Part shown: positions 8,890-17,234 of the stretch, in pieces
Layout: each line of letters opens with the position of its first letter
Numbering within the stretch: the first letter of the stretch is position 1
From: an uncultured Actinomycetes bacterium
GTDB taxonomy: Bacteria; Actinomycetota; Actinomycetes; Nanopelagicales; Nanopelagicaceae
Direction of reading: 5' to 3'
Assembly (NCBI GenBank): GCA_903932695.1
Contig: CAIZGZ010000103.1
Span: forward strand, 1 to 25,804
DNA: 25,804 nucleotides
The notes under the pieces: model-generated
The model's database searches: none
Seen by the model: only the letters and a program-made list of their open reading frames with translations
What the model was told of the DNA's origin: nothing
Position numbers and translations under genes: made by a program

Positions 8890-9009
8890 ATGGGTCAGAT
8901 TCTTTCTTATGTTGAGGTCTTTATTGGACTGCTCTCGCTCATTCCCGTGACATATGTCGGGCTGGTCGTCACCGTGGCTACCATCTCCAAACACGCAGTC
9001 CACAGATAA
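8890..9009 (+). CDS. putative small single-pass membrane protein (39 aa): MGQILSYVEVFIGLLSLIPVTYVGLVVTVATISKHAVHR
   Basis: Perfect AGGAGG at 8878-8883, 6 nt before ATG 8890; long hydrophobic core with a basic/His tail; TAA at 9007-9009, 19 nt before a strong terminator. Below the ORF-track size cutoff. Confidence 0.65.
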   Translation: MGQILSYVEVFIGLLSLIPVTYVGLVVTVATISKHAVHR

Positions 9010-9028
9010 TCGCGCAGATAGCACCATA

Positions 9029-9073
9029 AAGCACAAGACCCCGCTCTCACGTACGGAGCGGGGTCTTGTGCTT
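9029..9073. terminator. bidirectional intrinsic terminator between the sORF and ctaF
   Basis: Perfect 18-bp inverted repeat AAGCACAAGACCCCGCTC (9029-9046) / GAGCGGGGTCTTGTGCTT (9056-9073) with a 9-nt loop, between convergent genes. Confidence 0.88.
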
Positions 9074-9084
9074 ACTTGAACTAA

Positions 9085-9489
9085 TTAATGGTGGCTGCTT
9101 GACGCAGTAGGGCCTTCATACTCGAGCACGAAGCCAAGGATCGAGATAATCAATGAGCCAAGTGCAATCACAGTGAGCCACCAACCGAGAACCAAACCGA
9201 GTCCCATGGCACACGCTGATAGTCCCAGCGGCAATGGCCACCATGAATGTGGTGAGTAGAAGCCAAGCTCTCCGGCGGAATCCGCGATCTCGCCCTCAAG
9301 ATTATCTTCAGGCAACATTCCCTGGCGCTTATCGCTAAACCAGAGATAGAAACCCACCAACGAAGCGAAGCAGGCTGCTAGGGCAATACCGGTGATACCG
9401 AGGGCTTCTCCACCTACCTTGTAGTAGATGACGTCAACGATCGCATAGAAGATCGCTAACCCAACAAAGAGTCTGTAGGCGGTTTTCAC
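9085..9489 (-). CDS. ctaF: cytochrome c oxidase subunit 4 (actinobacterial CtaF)
   Basis: LPEDNLEGEIADSAGELGFYSPHSWWPL signature; hydrophobic; GTG start directly after the ctaD stop. Confidence 0.95.
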   Translation of the reverse strand: MKTAYRLFVGLAIFYAIVDVIYYKVGGEALGITGIALAACFASLVGFYLWFSDKRQGMLPEDNLEGEIADSAGELGFYSPHSWWPLPLGLSACAMGLGLVLGWWLTVIALGSLIISILGFVLEYEGPTASSSHH

Positions 9490-11157
9490 TTAGTGGCCTT
9501 CCGTATGGATATCTGGGTAGTGAAGGTCGAATGCTGGGCGCTCAGAACGGATGCGCGGCATTGACAAGAAGTTGTGGCGAGGTGGCGGACATGAAGTCGC
9601 CCACTCGAGCGATGCGCCATAACCCCAAGGATCATCGACTGTGACCTTTGGTGCCTTACGGCTGATCCAGACGTTGAGGAGGAATGGGAGCATGGAGAGC
9701 GCCAAGAGGAATGATCCGATGGTGGAGACCATGTTGAGAGTGGTAAAGCCATCAGATGCTAGGTAGTCCGCGTAACGGCGAGGCATTCCCTTGATTCCAA
9801 GCCAGTGTTGAACAAGGAAGGTGAGGTGGAAGCCGAAGAAGAGGGTCCAGAAGTGGATCTTTCCAAGACGCTCGTTGAGCATATGGCCAGTCATCTTTGG
9901 CCACCAGAAGTAGAAGCCGCCGAACATTGCGAACACCACTGTTCCAAAGAGAACGTAATGGAAGTGAGCTACAACGAAGTATGACGCTGAAACCGCAAAG
10001 TCCATTGGTGGGCTAGCAAGAATAATTCCGGTCAATCCACCGAAGAGGAATGTGACGAGGAAGCCGAGAATAAAGAGCATTGGTGTCTCAAAGGTAACTG
10101 CACCACGCCACATAGTTCCGATCCAGTTGAAGAACTTCACGCCGGTAGGAACACCGATCAAGAAGGTCATAAAGGAGAAGAATGGCAAGAGCACTTGTCC
10201 GCTCGCGAACATATGGTGCGCCCACACTGCGACAGAGAGAGCTGCGATACCAATTGTTGCTGCGATCAAACCCTTGTAACCAAAGATTGGCTTACGGCTA
10301 AAGACCGGAAGAATCTCACTGGCGATACCGAAGAATGGCAGAGCCAAGATATAGACCTCTGGGTGGCCGAAGAACCAGAAGAGGTGTTGCCAGAGCATCG
10401 CTCCGCCATTTGCTGGATCGAAGAGATGTGAACCGAAGATACGGTCCGACTCGAGTCCGAGCAACGCAGCTGCTAGTGGTGGGAAAGCAAGTAGAACCAA
10501 GATTGATGTGAGGAGAACGTTCCAGGTAAAGATCGACATACGGAACATCGTCATTCCTGGTGCGCGCATTGTGAAGATCGTCGTAATGAAGTTCACGCCA
10601 CCAAGAATTGTTCCCAGACCTGAAATTGCAAGACCGATAACCCAAAGATCGCCACCAATTCCAGGTGAGTACTGTGAGTTAGCAAGTGGTGCATATGCGG
10701 TCCAGCCGAAAGATGCCGCTCCGCCTGGGCTTAAGAATCCGCCGAAAGCCATGAGCCCACCGAAGAGGTAGAGCCAGTACGAGAGCATGTTGAGTCGTGG
10801 GAATGCAACGTCAGCCGCACCAATCTGTAGCGGCATGATCACGTTCGCAAAGCCAACAAAGAGTGGTGTTGCAAACATCAGGAGCATAAGCGTTCCGTGC
10901 ATTGTGAAGATCTGGTTGTACTGCTCAGTCGACATAAATTGCAGACCAGGGCGAGCCAATTCAGCACGAAGCATCAGCGCAAGTACGCCGGCTACGAGGA
11001 ACCAGATAAATGATGTCGAAAGGTAGAGATAACCGATCGTCTTGTGATCGGTCGAGGTCACCCACTTAACAAAGAGTCGACCCTTGCTCGCGCTCTTCGC
11101 CTTTGGCTGGGTATAACCAGCTGAGGTCGCGATCTGTGGTTCTGCGAATGTAGTCAT
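9490..11157 (-). CDS. ctaD: cytochrome c oxidase subunit I (aa3, A1 type)
   Basis: [58 protein letters not shown]- and K-channel residues are present. Confidence 0.98.
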   Translation of the reverse strand: MTTFAEPQIATSAGYTQPKAKSASKGRLFVKWVTSTDHKTIGYLYLSTSFIWFLVAGVLALMLRAELARPGLQFMSTEQYNQIFTMHGTLMLLMFATPLFVGFANVIMPLQIGAADVAFPRLNMLSYWLYLFGGLMAFGGFLSPGGAASFGWTAYAPLANSQYSPGIGGDLWVIGLAISGLGTILGGVNFITTIFTMRAPGMTMFRMSIFTWNVLLTSILVLLAFPPLAAALLGLESDRIFGSHLFDPANGGAMLWQHLFWFFGHPEVYILALPFFGIASEILPVFSRKPIFGYKGLIAATIGIAALSVAVWAHHMFASGQVLLPFFSFMTFLIGVPTGVKFFNWIGTMWRGAVTFETPMLFILGFLVTFLFGGLTGIILASPPMDFAVSASYFVVAHFHYVLFGTVVFAMFGGFYFWWPKMTGHMLNERLGKIHFWTLFFGFHLTFLVQHWLGIKGMPRRYADYLASDGFTTLNMVSTIGSFLLALSMLPFLLNVWISRKAPKVTVDDPWGYGASLEWATSCPPPRHNFLSMPRIRSERPAFDLHYPDIHTEGH

Positions 11158-11921
11158 TATGCAGCCGCCTTAAGTGTGTTGATATAGGACTGATACTGAG
11201 CTGGAGTTACAACCTTGACTGAGAAGAGCATTTGAGAGTGGTTGCGACCACAGAGGATGTTGCAACGACCTGGATAAGTACCGAGCTTGGTGCCCGCAAA
11301 CTCCAGATGATTGGTTACTCCTGGGAGAGCTTGTACTTGAATCATGAACGCTGGGATCCAGAAACCGTGATCGACATCTGTAGAGGTGATCGTGAAGAGA
11401 ACTTTCTGGCCAAGTGGCATGTAGATCACTGGTGGTTGCGCAGGGGTGCCAGTGACAACAGTGTTAGGGCCAGTGCCGGCGTCGTCATAACCGATCTGCC
11501 ATGACCACTGTTGTGCATTGACATGAATATTATGAGGAGCCGTCGAATATGAATCGACCTTGGTGATCTTTGATTCATCACGCGCGGTATAGAAGAAGAG
11601 CCCTGCGACGATAATGAAAGGGATTAGCGTGTAAGCGATCTCAACTGGGACGTTGTATTGGGTCTGCTTAGGAAATTCTTCGCTCTTCTTACGATGAAAG
11701 AAGACCGGCCACATGATGAGAACAAAAGTGAATACTCCGACAAATCCGGCAGCGATCCATGACCAGTACCAGAGCGGACCGGAGATGGTGTTGACGCTCG
11801 AGACATTCTTATCAAAGCCAAGACCTGAGTAGTTCTTGAGGGATAGACGCGAGACGACATACAAGGTCAGAGCCACAAGCGTGGCGATGAGGATTCGGGC
11901 GGAACGCTTATTTTGACGCAT
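11157..11921 (-). CDS. ctaC: cytochrome c oxidase subunit II (254 aa)
   Basis: Two TM helices plus an N-terminal hydrophobic segment, [14 protein letters not shown] and [12 protein letters not shown] CuA ligands. TAATG overlap with ctaD. Start moved to ATG 11921. Confidence 0.95.
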   Translation of the reverse strand: MRQNKRSARILIATLVALTLYVVSRLSLKNYSGLGFDKNVSSVNTISGPLWYWSWIAAGFVGVFTFVLIMWPVFFHRKKSEEFPKQTQYNVPVEIAYTLIPFIIVAGLFFYTARDESKITKVDSYSTAPHNIHVNAQQWSWQIGYDDAGTGPNTVVTGTPAQPPVIYMPLGQKVLFTITSTDVDHGFWIPAFMIQVQALPGVTNHLEFAGTKLGTYPGRCNILCGRNHSQMLFSVKVVTPAQYQSYINTLKAAA

Positions 11922-11927
11922 GGGAGA

Positions 11928-11933
11928 AGAATA
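11928..11933 (-). promoter_or_regulatory. putative -10 hexamer (TATTCT), leaderless ctaCDF
   Basis: TANNNT lies 6 nt before ATG 11921. Confidence 0.55.
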
Positions 11934-11966
11934 ACTGCCCCGCTCGCATCTACGCCTCACAGGGGG

Positions 11967-11972
11967 TACCGT
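11967..11972 (+). promoter_or_regulatory. putative -10 hexamer (TACCGT), leaderless desulfurase-like gene
   Basis: TANNNT lies 7 nt before GTG 11980. Confidence 0.45.
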
Positions 11973-11979
11973 TCTAAGC

Positions 11980-13050
11980 GTGGGTTCAATCACAGGCTTA
12001 GGGAGCCACTTTCAGAGCGAGCTCCCCCTTCATCCCAAGGCGGCGGAGTTCCTCGACGAGGCCTTTTCCGGTGGCTGGGCTAGCCCGGCCAAGATCCACC
12101 AACCTTCTAGGCGCACCGCGCGGCTGCTCAACGAAGCCAAGGAGATCTTTGCCCATCGACTCGATCTCAATCTCGATGAGATCCACTTTCTAGGCGATAC
12201 TCCCCTCGCCTTCCACCTGGGAATCTCCGGGTTGCTCGCGCCAGCCGGACGGGTCTTCTACCCTCAGACCGCGCGCTCGATGGCCTACGCGGTGGCGCAC
12301 TCCCATCCCAACCAGATGATCCCGGTCGACTCCCATGGCCTCTGGCAGGTTCCAAGCCCCGAGAGCGGAGCGAACGACCAAGACCTCTTCGTCTGGCAAG
12401 AGGTCAATCCAGAGACTGGCGTGAAAGTACCCGCGAGCCAGGAGTTTGTCGGAAAGATCTTTGTCGACGCAGTGAACTCGCATGAACCGATCTCTCACCC
12501 ATGGCATGGCGCGATCTGGGATTCACGGGCTTGGCAGGGTCCAGCTGGACTCTCCCTCTTCGCGCTCAAACGAAGCGCCGAATGGACGAATCCTCTTCCC
12601 CACAATGACACGAAGCCGACATCCGGGAATTTCTCTATTCCGTTAACTGTGGCAAGTGCGATCGCACTGGAGTCATACGCTGCCGAATACACCGAGGCTA
12701 CTTCGCATCTCGCAGCGCTTAATCAGCAAGTCAGAAAATTTGTTGCTGAGCATTTTCCAGGCGGCCATGTTGCAGCCACAAGCGACATAGCCATGCCCCA
12801 TCTGATTACTTTCACTATTCCGGGGGTTGATTCCCAATGGTTAGTCAATGAACTTGATCGTCGCGGAATCAGTGTTGATACCGGATCAGCGTGCATCTCC
12901 ATGAACATGCAACCAAGTCATGTCCTTGCCGCAATGGGTCTTCCCGTAACCGGAAACATTCGATTGAGGTTGCGAGCCGATCACAGTGAAGCTGAGCTTC
13001 ACCTACTCCTTCGTGCAGTGAAAGAAGTTAGCGACCAATTCTTGGCATAA
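11980..13050 (+). CDS. class V aminotransferase-fold, cysteine desulfurase (NifS/IscS)-like protein with degenerate PLP site
   Basis: N-terminal PLHP...WASPAKIH...AR.LL; QEVNPETGV; GISVDTGSAC...PSHVLAAMG...NIRL. The canonical SAHK lysine motif reads DSRA. Confidence 0.85.
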   Translation: MGSITGLGSHFQSELPLHPKAAEFLDEAFSGGWASPAKIHQPSRRTARLLNEAKEIFAHRLDLNLDEIHFLGDTPLAFHLGISGLLAPAGRVFYPQTARSMAYAVAHSHPNQMIPVDSHGLWQVPSPESGANDQDLFVWQEVNPETGVKVPASQEFVGKIFVDAVNSHEPISHPWHGAIWDSRAWQGPAGLSLFALKRSAEWTNPLPHNDTKPTSGNFSIPLTVASAIALESYAAEYTEATSHLAALNQQVRKFVAEHFPGGHVAATSDIAMPHLITFTIPGVDSQWLVNELDRRGISVDTGSACISMNMQPSHVLAAMGLPVTGNIRLRLRADHSEAELHLLLRAVKEVSDQFLA

Positions 13051-14017
13051 TTTTGCTGGCAACATCGTTTGCAGCAGCTTCGCCGTAACACCCAGTAAAT
13101 CGCTCCATAAAGAGTTGGTGATCGAAGCGATACTCCTGAGTGCCCTTTGTTTCAAGGCAGAACGTGGCGAGCATCGAGCCAAGTTGAGCACATCGCTCAT
13201 GCGATAGTCCCCAAGAGAGTCCGGCCAAGAAGCCAGATCGGAATGAATCGCCAACACCCGTTGGATCTACCTTGCTCTCTTCTTGAGGAGTTCCAACAAC
13301 GATCGTCTCTTTGCCATGTTCTTCGATACGAGCACCTTTAGAGCCCAATGTCACAACCCTGACTTTCACTTCATCAAAGAGTTCGGCATCGCTCCACCCG
13401 GTCTTTTGCAAGATGAGAGCGAGTTCGTACTCGTTCAAAAATAAGTATGTAGCGCCATGAATCAAACGCTTAATGGCATCGCCATCCATGCGCGCAAGTT
13501 GCTGTGATGGATCTGCAGCCACCGGAATTCCCAGCTGTACAGCGGTTTCGGTGTGACGAATCATCGCCTCTGGATCATCGGGCGAGATGATGAGTAGATC
13601 GATCGGACCGGCGCTTTCATGAATCGCTGCTACATCGATCTCTCGGGCTTCTGACATCGCGCCTGGGAAGAATGAAGCGATTTGATTCAACTCTTCATCG
13701 GTGGTGACCATAAAAGTTGCGGTATAGAGATCTGTCGAAATTTTGCAGTGGTCGGTATTTACTCCGTGGCGTGTAAGCCAATCGTTGTAATCAGCCCAAT
13801 CCTTGCCAACTGCAGCAACCAAGATCGGATTGAGACCCAGTGCTCCCATTCCAAATGAGATATTGGCGGCGCAGCCACCGCGATAGATATCGAGTCCATC
13901 AACGAGAAATGAGAGTGAGACGTTGGCGAGTGATCCCGCAACGAGAGAGTCGGTGAAGCGACCCGGAAAGGTCATTAAGTGATCGCGCCCAACCGAGCCC
14001 GCTACTGCAACTTTCAT
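13028..14017 (-). CDS. adoK: PfkB-family carbohydrate kinase, actinobacterial adenosine kinase type
   Basis: GSVGRDHLM.FPGRF, RGGCAANI, ADPSQQLARMDG, FLNEYE, DPTGVGDSFRSG; syntenic with M. tuberculosis adoK (Rv2202c). ATG 14017 is preferred over TTG 14020. Confidence 0.88.
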   Translation of the reverse strand: MKVAVAGSVGRDHLMTFPGRFTDSLVAGSLANVSLSFLVDGLDIYRGGCAANISFGMGALGLNPILVAAVGKDWADYNDWLTRHGVNTDHCKISTDLYTATFMVTTDEELNQIASFFPGAMSEAREIDVAAIHESAGPIDLLIISPDDPEAMIRHTETAVQLGIPVAADPSQQLARMDGDAIKRLIHGATYLFLNEYELALILQKTGWSDAELFDEVKVRVVTLGSKGARIEEHGKETIVVGTPQEESKVDPTGVGDSFRSGFLAGLSWGLSHERCAQLGSMLATFCLETKGTQEYRFDHQLFMERFTGCYGEAAANDVASKIMPRIGR

Positions 14018-14040
14018 CAATAAACCGGAGCTGGTTCTAA

Positions 14041-14406
14041 TTAGTTAAATGAATCGCCGCATGCGCATGAACCTTGCGCATTTGGATTATCAATAGTGAA
14101 ACCCTGCTTCTCGATGGTGTCCACGAAATCAATCGATGCACCCATGAGATACGGCGTACTCATCTTGTCTGTGACAACCTTGACGGTTCCAAAGGTCGAG
14201 ACGGTGTCGCCATCAAGGGCACGGTCATCAAAGTAGAGCTGGTAGCGAAGGCCAGAGCAGCCACCTGGTTGCACCGCAACACGGAGCGAGAGGTCATCGC
14301 GACCCTCTTGCGCGAGCAACGCCGCAACTTTCGTTGCTGCGACATCGGTTAGCAAAATACCGGTGCTCGTTGAGATGGTTACATCCTGTGTTGTCTCTGT
14401 GCTCAT
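14041..14406 (-). CDS. erpA: A-type Fe-S cluster carrier (HesB/IscA/ErpA family, 121 aa)
   Basis: PGGCSGLRY and CACGDSF supply the three conserved Cys. Start moved to ATG 14406. Confidence 0.93.
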   Translation of the reverse strand: MSTETTQDVTISTSTGILLTDVAATKVAALLAQEGRDDLSLRVAVQPGGCSGLRYQLYFDDRALDGDTVSTFGTVKVVTDKMSTPYLMGASIDFVDTIEKQGFTIDNPNAQGSCACGDSFN

Positions 14407-14413
14407 GGCCAAA

Positions 14414-14419
14414 AGAATA
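14414..14419 (-). promoter_or_regulatory. putative -10 hexamer (TATTCT), leaderless erpA-adoK
   Basis: TANNNT lies 7 nt before ATG 14406. Confidence 0.55.
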
Positions 14420-14498
14420 CCCTCAAAATCCACGGAACGCCGCGCAGGCGAGAGCCAAGATGTGGCGACCCGTCACGGAATAGTTAGATAATAGGAAT

Positions 14499-15650
14499 AT
14501 GGCATTTAACGGCTTGACCGAACTCCTGCTGCTAGGACGCGAAAGTGACCTCACCAGCGAACGAGGTGTCTCCTGCGAAGGCGAATTGCCTGCGCCATCC
14601 GACCCTGAGTTGGTCCAGCGAGCGATCAACGCCCGCAAGAAATTAGGCGATCGGGCCATGATCCTGGGCCACCACTATCAACGAGATGAAGTCATTGAAT
14701 TTGCCGATATCACCGGCGACTCGTTTAAGTTGGCTCAAGCAGCTGCCGCAAACCCGGATGCAGAACTCATTCTCTTCTGCGGTGTTCACTTCATGGCCGA
14801 GAGCGCCGACATTTTGACCAGCGAGAAGCAGGCTGTGATCTTGCCCGATTTGGCGGCTGGCTGTTCGATGGCAGATATGGCTGCCGCGCATCAAGTAGAA
14901 GCAGCATGGGCTCACTTCGAAAAGCTCGGAATCGCGACGCGCACTCTCCCAATTACCTACATGAATTCGACCGCAGCTATTAAGAGTTTCACCGGAGAGC
15001 ATGGCGGCGCGGTCTGTACCTCTTCTAATGCCGAACGCGCGATGAGTTGGGCCTTCTCACAACGAGAGAAGATCTTCTTCCTGCCAGATCAACATTTAGG
15101 TCGCAACACTGCGATAGAAAAACTCGGGCTCTCCCTCGACGACTGCGTGGTCTGGAATCCCTGGAAGCCCAACGGTGGATTGAGCGATCAGCAACTTCTC
15201 GATGCCAAGGTGATTTTGTGGCGCGGACATTGCTCCGTTCATGGCCGCTTCTCTCGAACCAATGTCGATGAGATTCGCCAGAAAGTGGCGGGCGTGAAAG
15301 TTCTGGTTCACCCAGAGTGCACACACGAAGTCGTTAGTGCAGCTGATGTCGTTGGTAGCACAGAAGCAATCATCCGCACCGTGGCCGAATCCGCGCCTGG
15401 CAGCGCTTGGGCGATCGGCACCGAACTCAACTTGGTTCAACGGCTCGCCAAGACCTACACCGATAAGCAGATCTACTTCCTCGATAAGACCGTCTGCTAT
15501 TGCTCGACCATGAATCGCATTGACCTTCCTCACCTGGTCTGGGCGATGGAGACGCTCAATCAAGGTCGAATCATCAATCAGATCTCGGTCGACACGAATA
15601 CCGCTTATCACGCGAGAGTTGCACTCGAGCGAATGCTGGCTCTACCGTAA
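14499..15650 (+). CDS. nadA: quinolinate synthase
   Basis: LGHHYQ, CGVHFMAE, GCSMA, YMNS, GHCSVH, HPEC, IGTE, CSTMN. Confidence 0.97.
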   Translation: MAFNGLTELLLLGRESDLTSERGVSCEGELPAPSDPELVQRAINARKKLGDRAMILGHHYQRDEVIEFADITGDSFKLAQAAAANPDAELILFCGVHFMAESADILTSEKQAVILPDLAAGCSMADMAAAHQVEAAWAHFEKLGIATRTLPITYMNSTAAIKSFTGEHGGAVCTSSNAERAMSWAFSQREKIFFLPDQHLGRNTAIEKLGLSLDDCVVWNPWKPNGGLSDQQLLDAKVILWRGHCSVHGRFSRTNVDEIRQKVAGVKVLVHPECTHEVVSAADVVGSTEAIIRTVAESAPGSAWAIGTELNLVQRLAKTYTDKQIYFLDKTVCYCSTMNRIDLPHLVWAMETLNQGRIINQISVDTNTAYHARVALERMLALP

Positions 15651-15654
15651 AGGC

Positions 15655-16167
15655 ATGACAAAGAACTCTCCTACCCCAAAGCGCAAAGATGCCGAGAAGG
15701 CCAACAAGGTCAACTCCATCACTGCTCCGGTTTCCAAAGATGGCCGTAAGCGTGATCGCGAAGCGCTCAAGGCTCAGCGTTTAGCTACCCGCGCCGCCTA
15801 CATGCGTGGCGAAGAGAGTGCTCTTCCTGTCCGCGATCGAGGTGCCACTCGTCGCTTCGTGCGCAACTACATCGACTCACGACGCAGCATCGGTGAATAC
15901 TTCTTGCCTGCTGTGGCTTTTGTATTAGTTCTCTCTGTGGTTCACAACAAGTTCGTCTCACTCATTGCGATTCTCTTCATGTACGTTGCAATGCTCTACA
16001 CAATTATCTCGGGCTTCTTTATGACCCGTCGCATTCGAAAGATTGTTGCAGAACGCTTCCCTGGTGAATCAGCCAAGGGACTTGGCATGTATGGCTGGTT
16101 GCGTTCGACGCAGATGCGCAAAATGCGCGCACCTGCGCCTCAAGTCAAACTTGGCGACGAGATTTAA
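15655..16167 (+). CDS. DUF3043 family membrane protein (170 aa)
   Basis: Basic N-terminus, LPVRDRGATRRFVRNYIDSRR, two TM helices, Y...RSTQMRKMRAPAPQV. ATG 15655 lies 4 nt after the nadA stop. Confidence 0.88.
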   Translation: MTKNSPTPKRKDAEKANKVNSITAPVSKDGRKRDREALKAQRLATRAAYMRGEESALPVRDRGATRRFVRNYIDSRRSIGEYFLPAVAFVLVLSVVHNKFVSLIAILFMYVAMLYTIISGFFMTRRIRKIVAERFPGESAKGLGMYGWLRSTQMRKMRAPAPQVKLGDEI

Positions 16168-16176
16168 TTCATCGCG

Positions 16177-17178
16177 TTATGCGCGAGGGTTAGGACTCTC
16201 GTTCTTTGCGGGATCTGTCTCAGGAATGGATCCCAACGCCTGATCGATCGCAGCAAGAGTCGCAGCATCAAGCTTTACACCCGACGCCTTCACGTTCTCT
16301 TTTACCTGAGAAGGCTTACTTGCTCCCATGATCACGGACGAGACATTGGGATTTGCTAGCGCCCAGGCGAGGGCGAGTTGCGACATAGATAAATCGTGCG
16401 CATCTGCAATTGGCTTGAGCTTCTGAACTGCCTCAAGCACATCATCGCGCATCCAACGCGAGATCATTCCAGCGCCAGATTTCTTATCGGTTGCGCGTGA
16501 GCCAACAGGTGGCTTCTTGCCCGGTAGATATTTTCCAGTCAAGATTCCTTGAGCGATCGGTGACCAGACGATCTGGCCGATCCCCTCTTTCTGAGAAAGT
16601 GGCACAACCTCTTTTTCGATCACACGCCAGAGCATTGAGTATTGAGGCTGGCTTGAGACAAAGCGGGTCCAACCATGAGCCTTCTGGATCTCGAGTGCGC
16701 TCTTGATCTGCGAAGCGTTCCACTCCGAGAAGCCGATGTAATGAACTTTGCCTTGGCGTACAAGATCTTCGAATGCTTGGAGCGACTCTTCGAGCGGTGA
16801 TTCAAAATCGAAGCGATGCATTTGATAGAGATCGATGTGGTCGGTACCGAGGCGCTTGAGTGAAGCATGGACCGATTCCATGATGTGCTTACGTGAGAGT
16901 CCGCGGTCATTCTTGCCGGTTCCAGTCGGCCAGTAGACCTTCGTGAAGAGTTCGTATGACTCACGGCGCACTCCTTTGAGCGCTTTGCCGAGGACTACTT
17001 CCGCGCGGGTGCCGGCGTAGACGTCGGCGGTATCAAAGGTGGTGATCCCGGAATCGAGAGCAGCTTTGACGCATTTGATAGCGGCATCTTCCTCGACCTG
17101 GGAGCCATGAGTGATCCAGTTGCCGTAAGAGATCTCTGAGACGTACATTCCTGATGAGCCGAGGCGACGATATTCCAT
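16177..17178 (-). CDS. aldo/keto reductase (Kv-beta-like subfamily)
   Basis: YGNWITHG, FDTADVY, FTKVYW, GLSRKHI, YQMHRFD, GFSEW, SQPQYSML, WSPIAQGILTGKY. Confidence 0.95.
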   Translation of the reverse strand: MEYRRLGSSGMYVSEISYGNWITHGSQVEEDAAIKCVKAALDSGITTFDTADVYAGTRAEVVLGKALKGVRRESYELFTKVYWPTGTGKNDRGLSRKHIMESVHASLKRLGTDHIDLYQMHRFDFESPLEESLQAFEDLVRQGKVHYIGFSEWNASQIKSALEIQKAHGWTRFVSSQPQYSMLWRVIEKEVVPLSQKEGIGQIVWSPIAQGILTGKYLPGKKPPVGSRATDKKSGAGMISRWMRDDVLEAVQKLKPIADAHDLSMSQLALAWALANPNVSSVIMGASKPSQVKENVKASGVKLDAATLAAIDQALGSIPETDPAKNESPNPRA

Positions 17179-17185
17179 GTTTCGA

Positions 17186-17191
17186 AGGCTA
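17186..17191 (-). promoter_or_regulatory. putative -10 hexamer (TAGCCT), leaderless AKR
   Basis: TANNNT lies 7 nt before ATG 17178. Confidence 0.5.
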
Positions 17192-17234
17192 CCCCGCGTG
17201 GCGAGCTATGGCTACACGAATATTGGGGAAAAGA

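Noticed and set aside
14021-14040. Small AACCG/TGGTT hairpin between erpA and adoK
   Set aside because: Only 5 bp and weak; the genes are probably co-transcribed.
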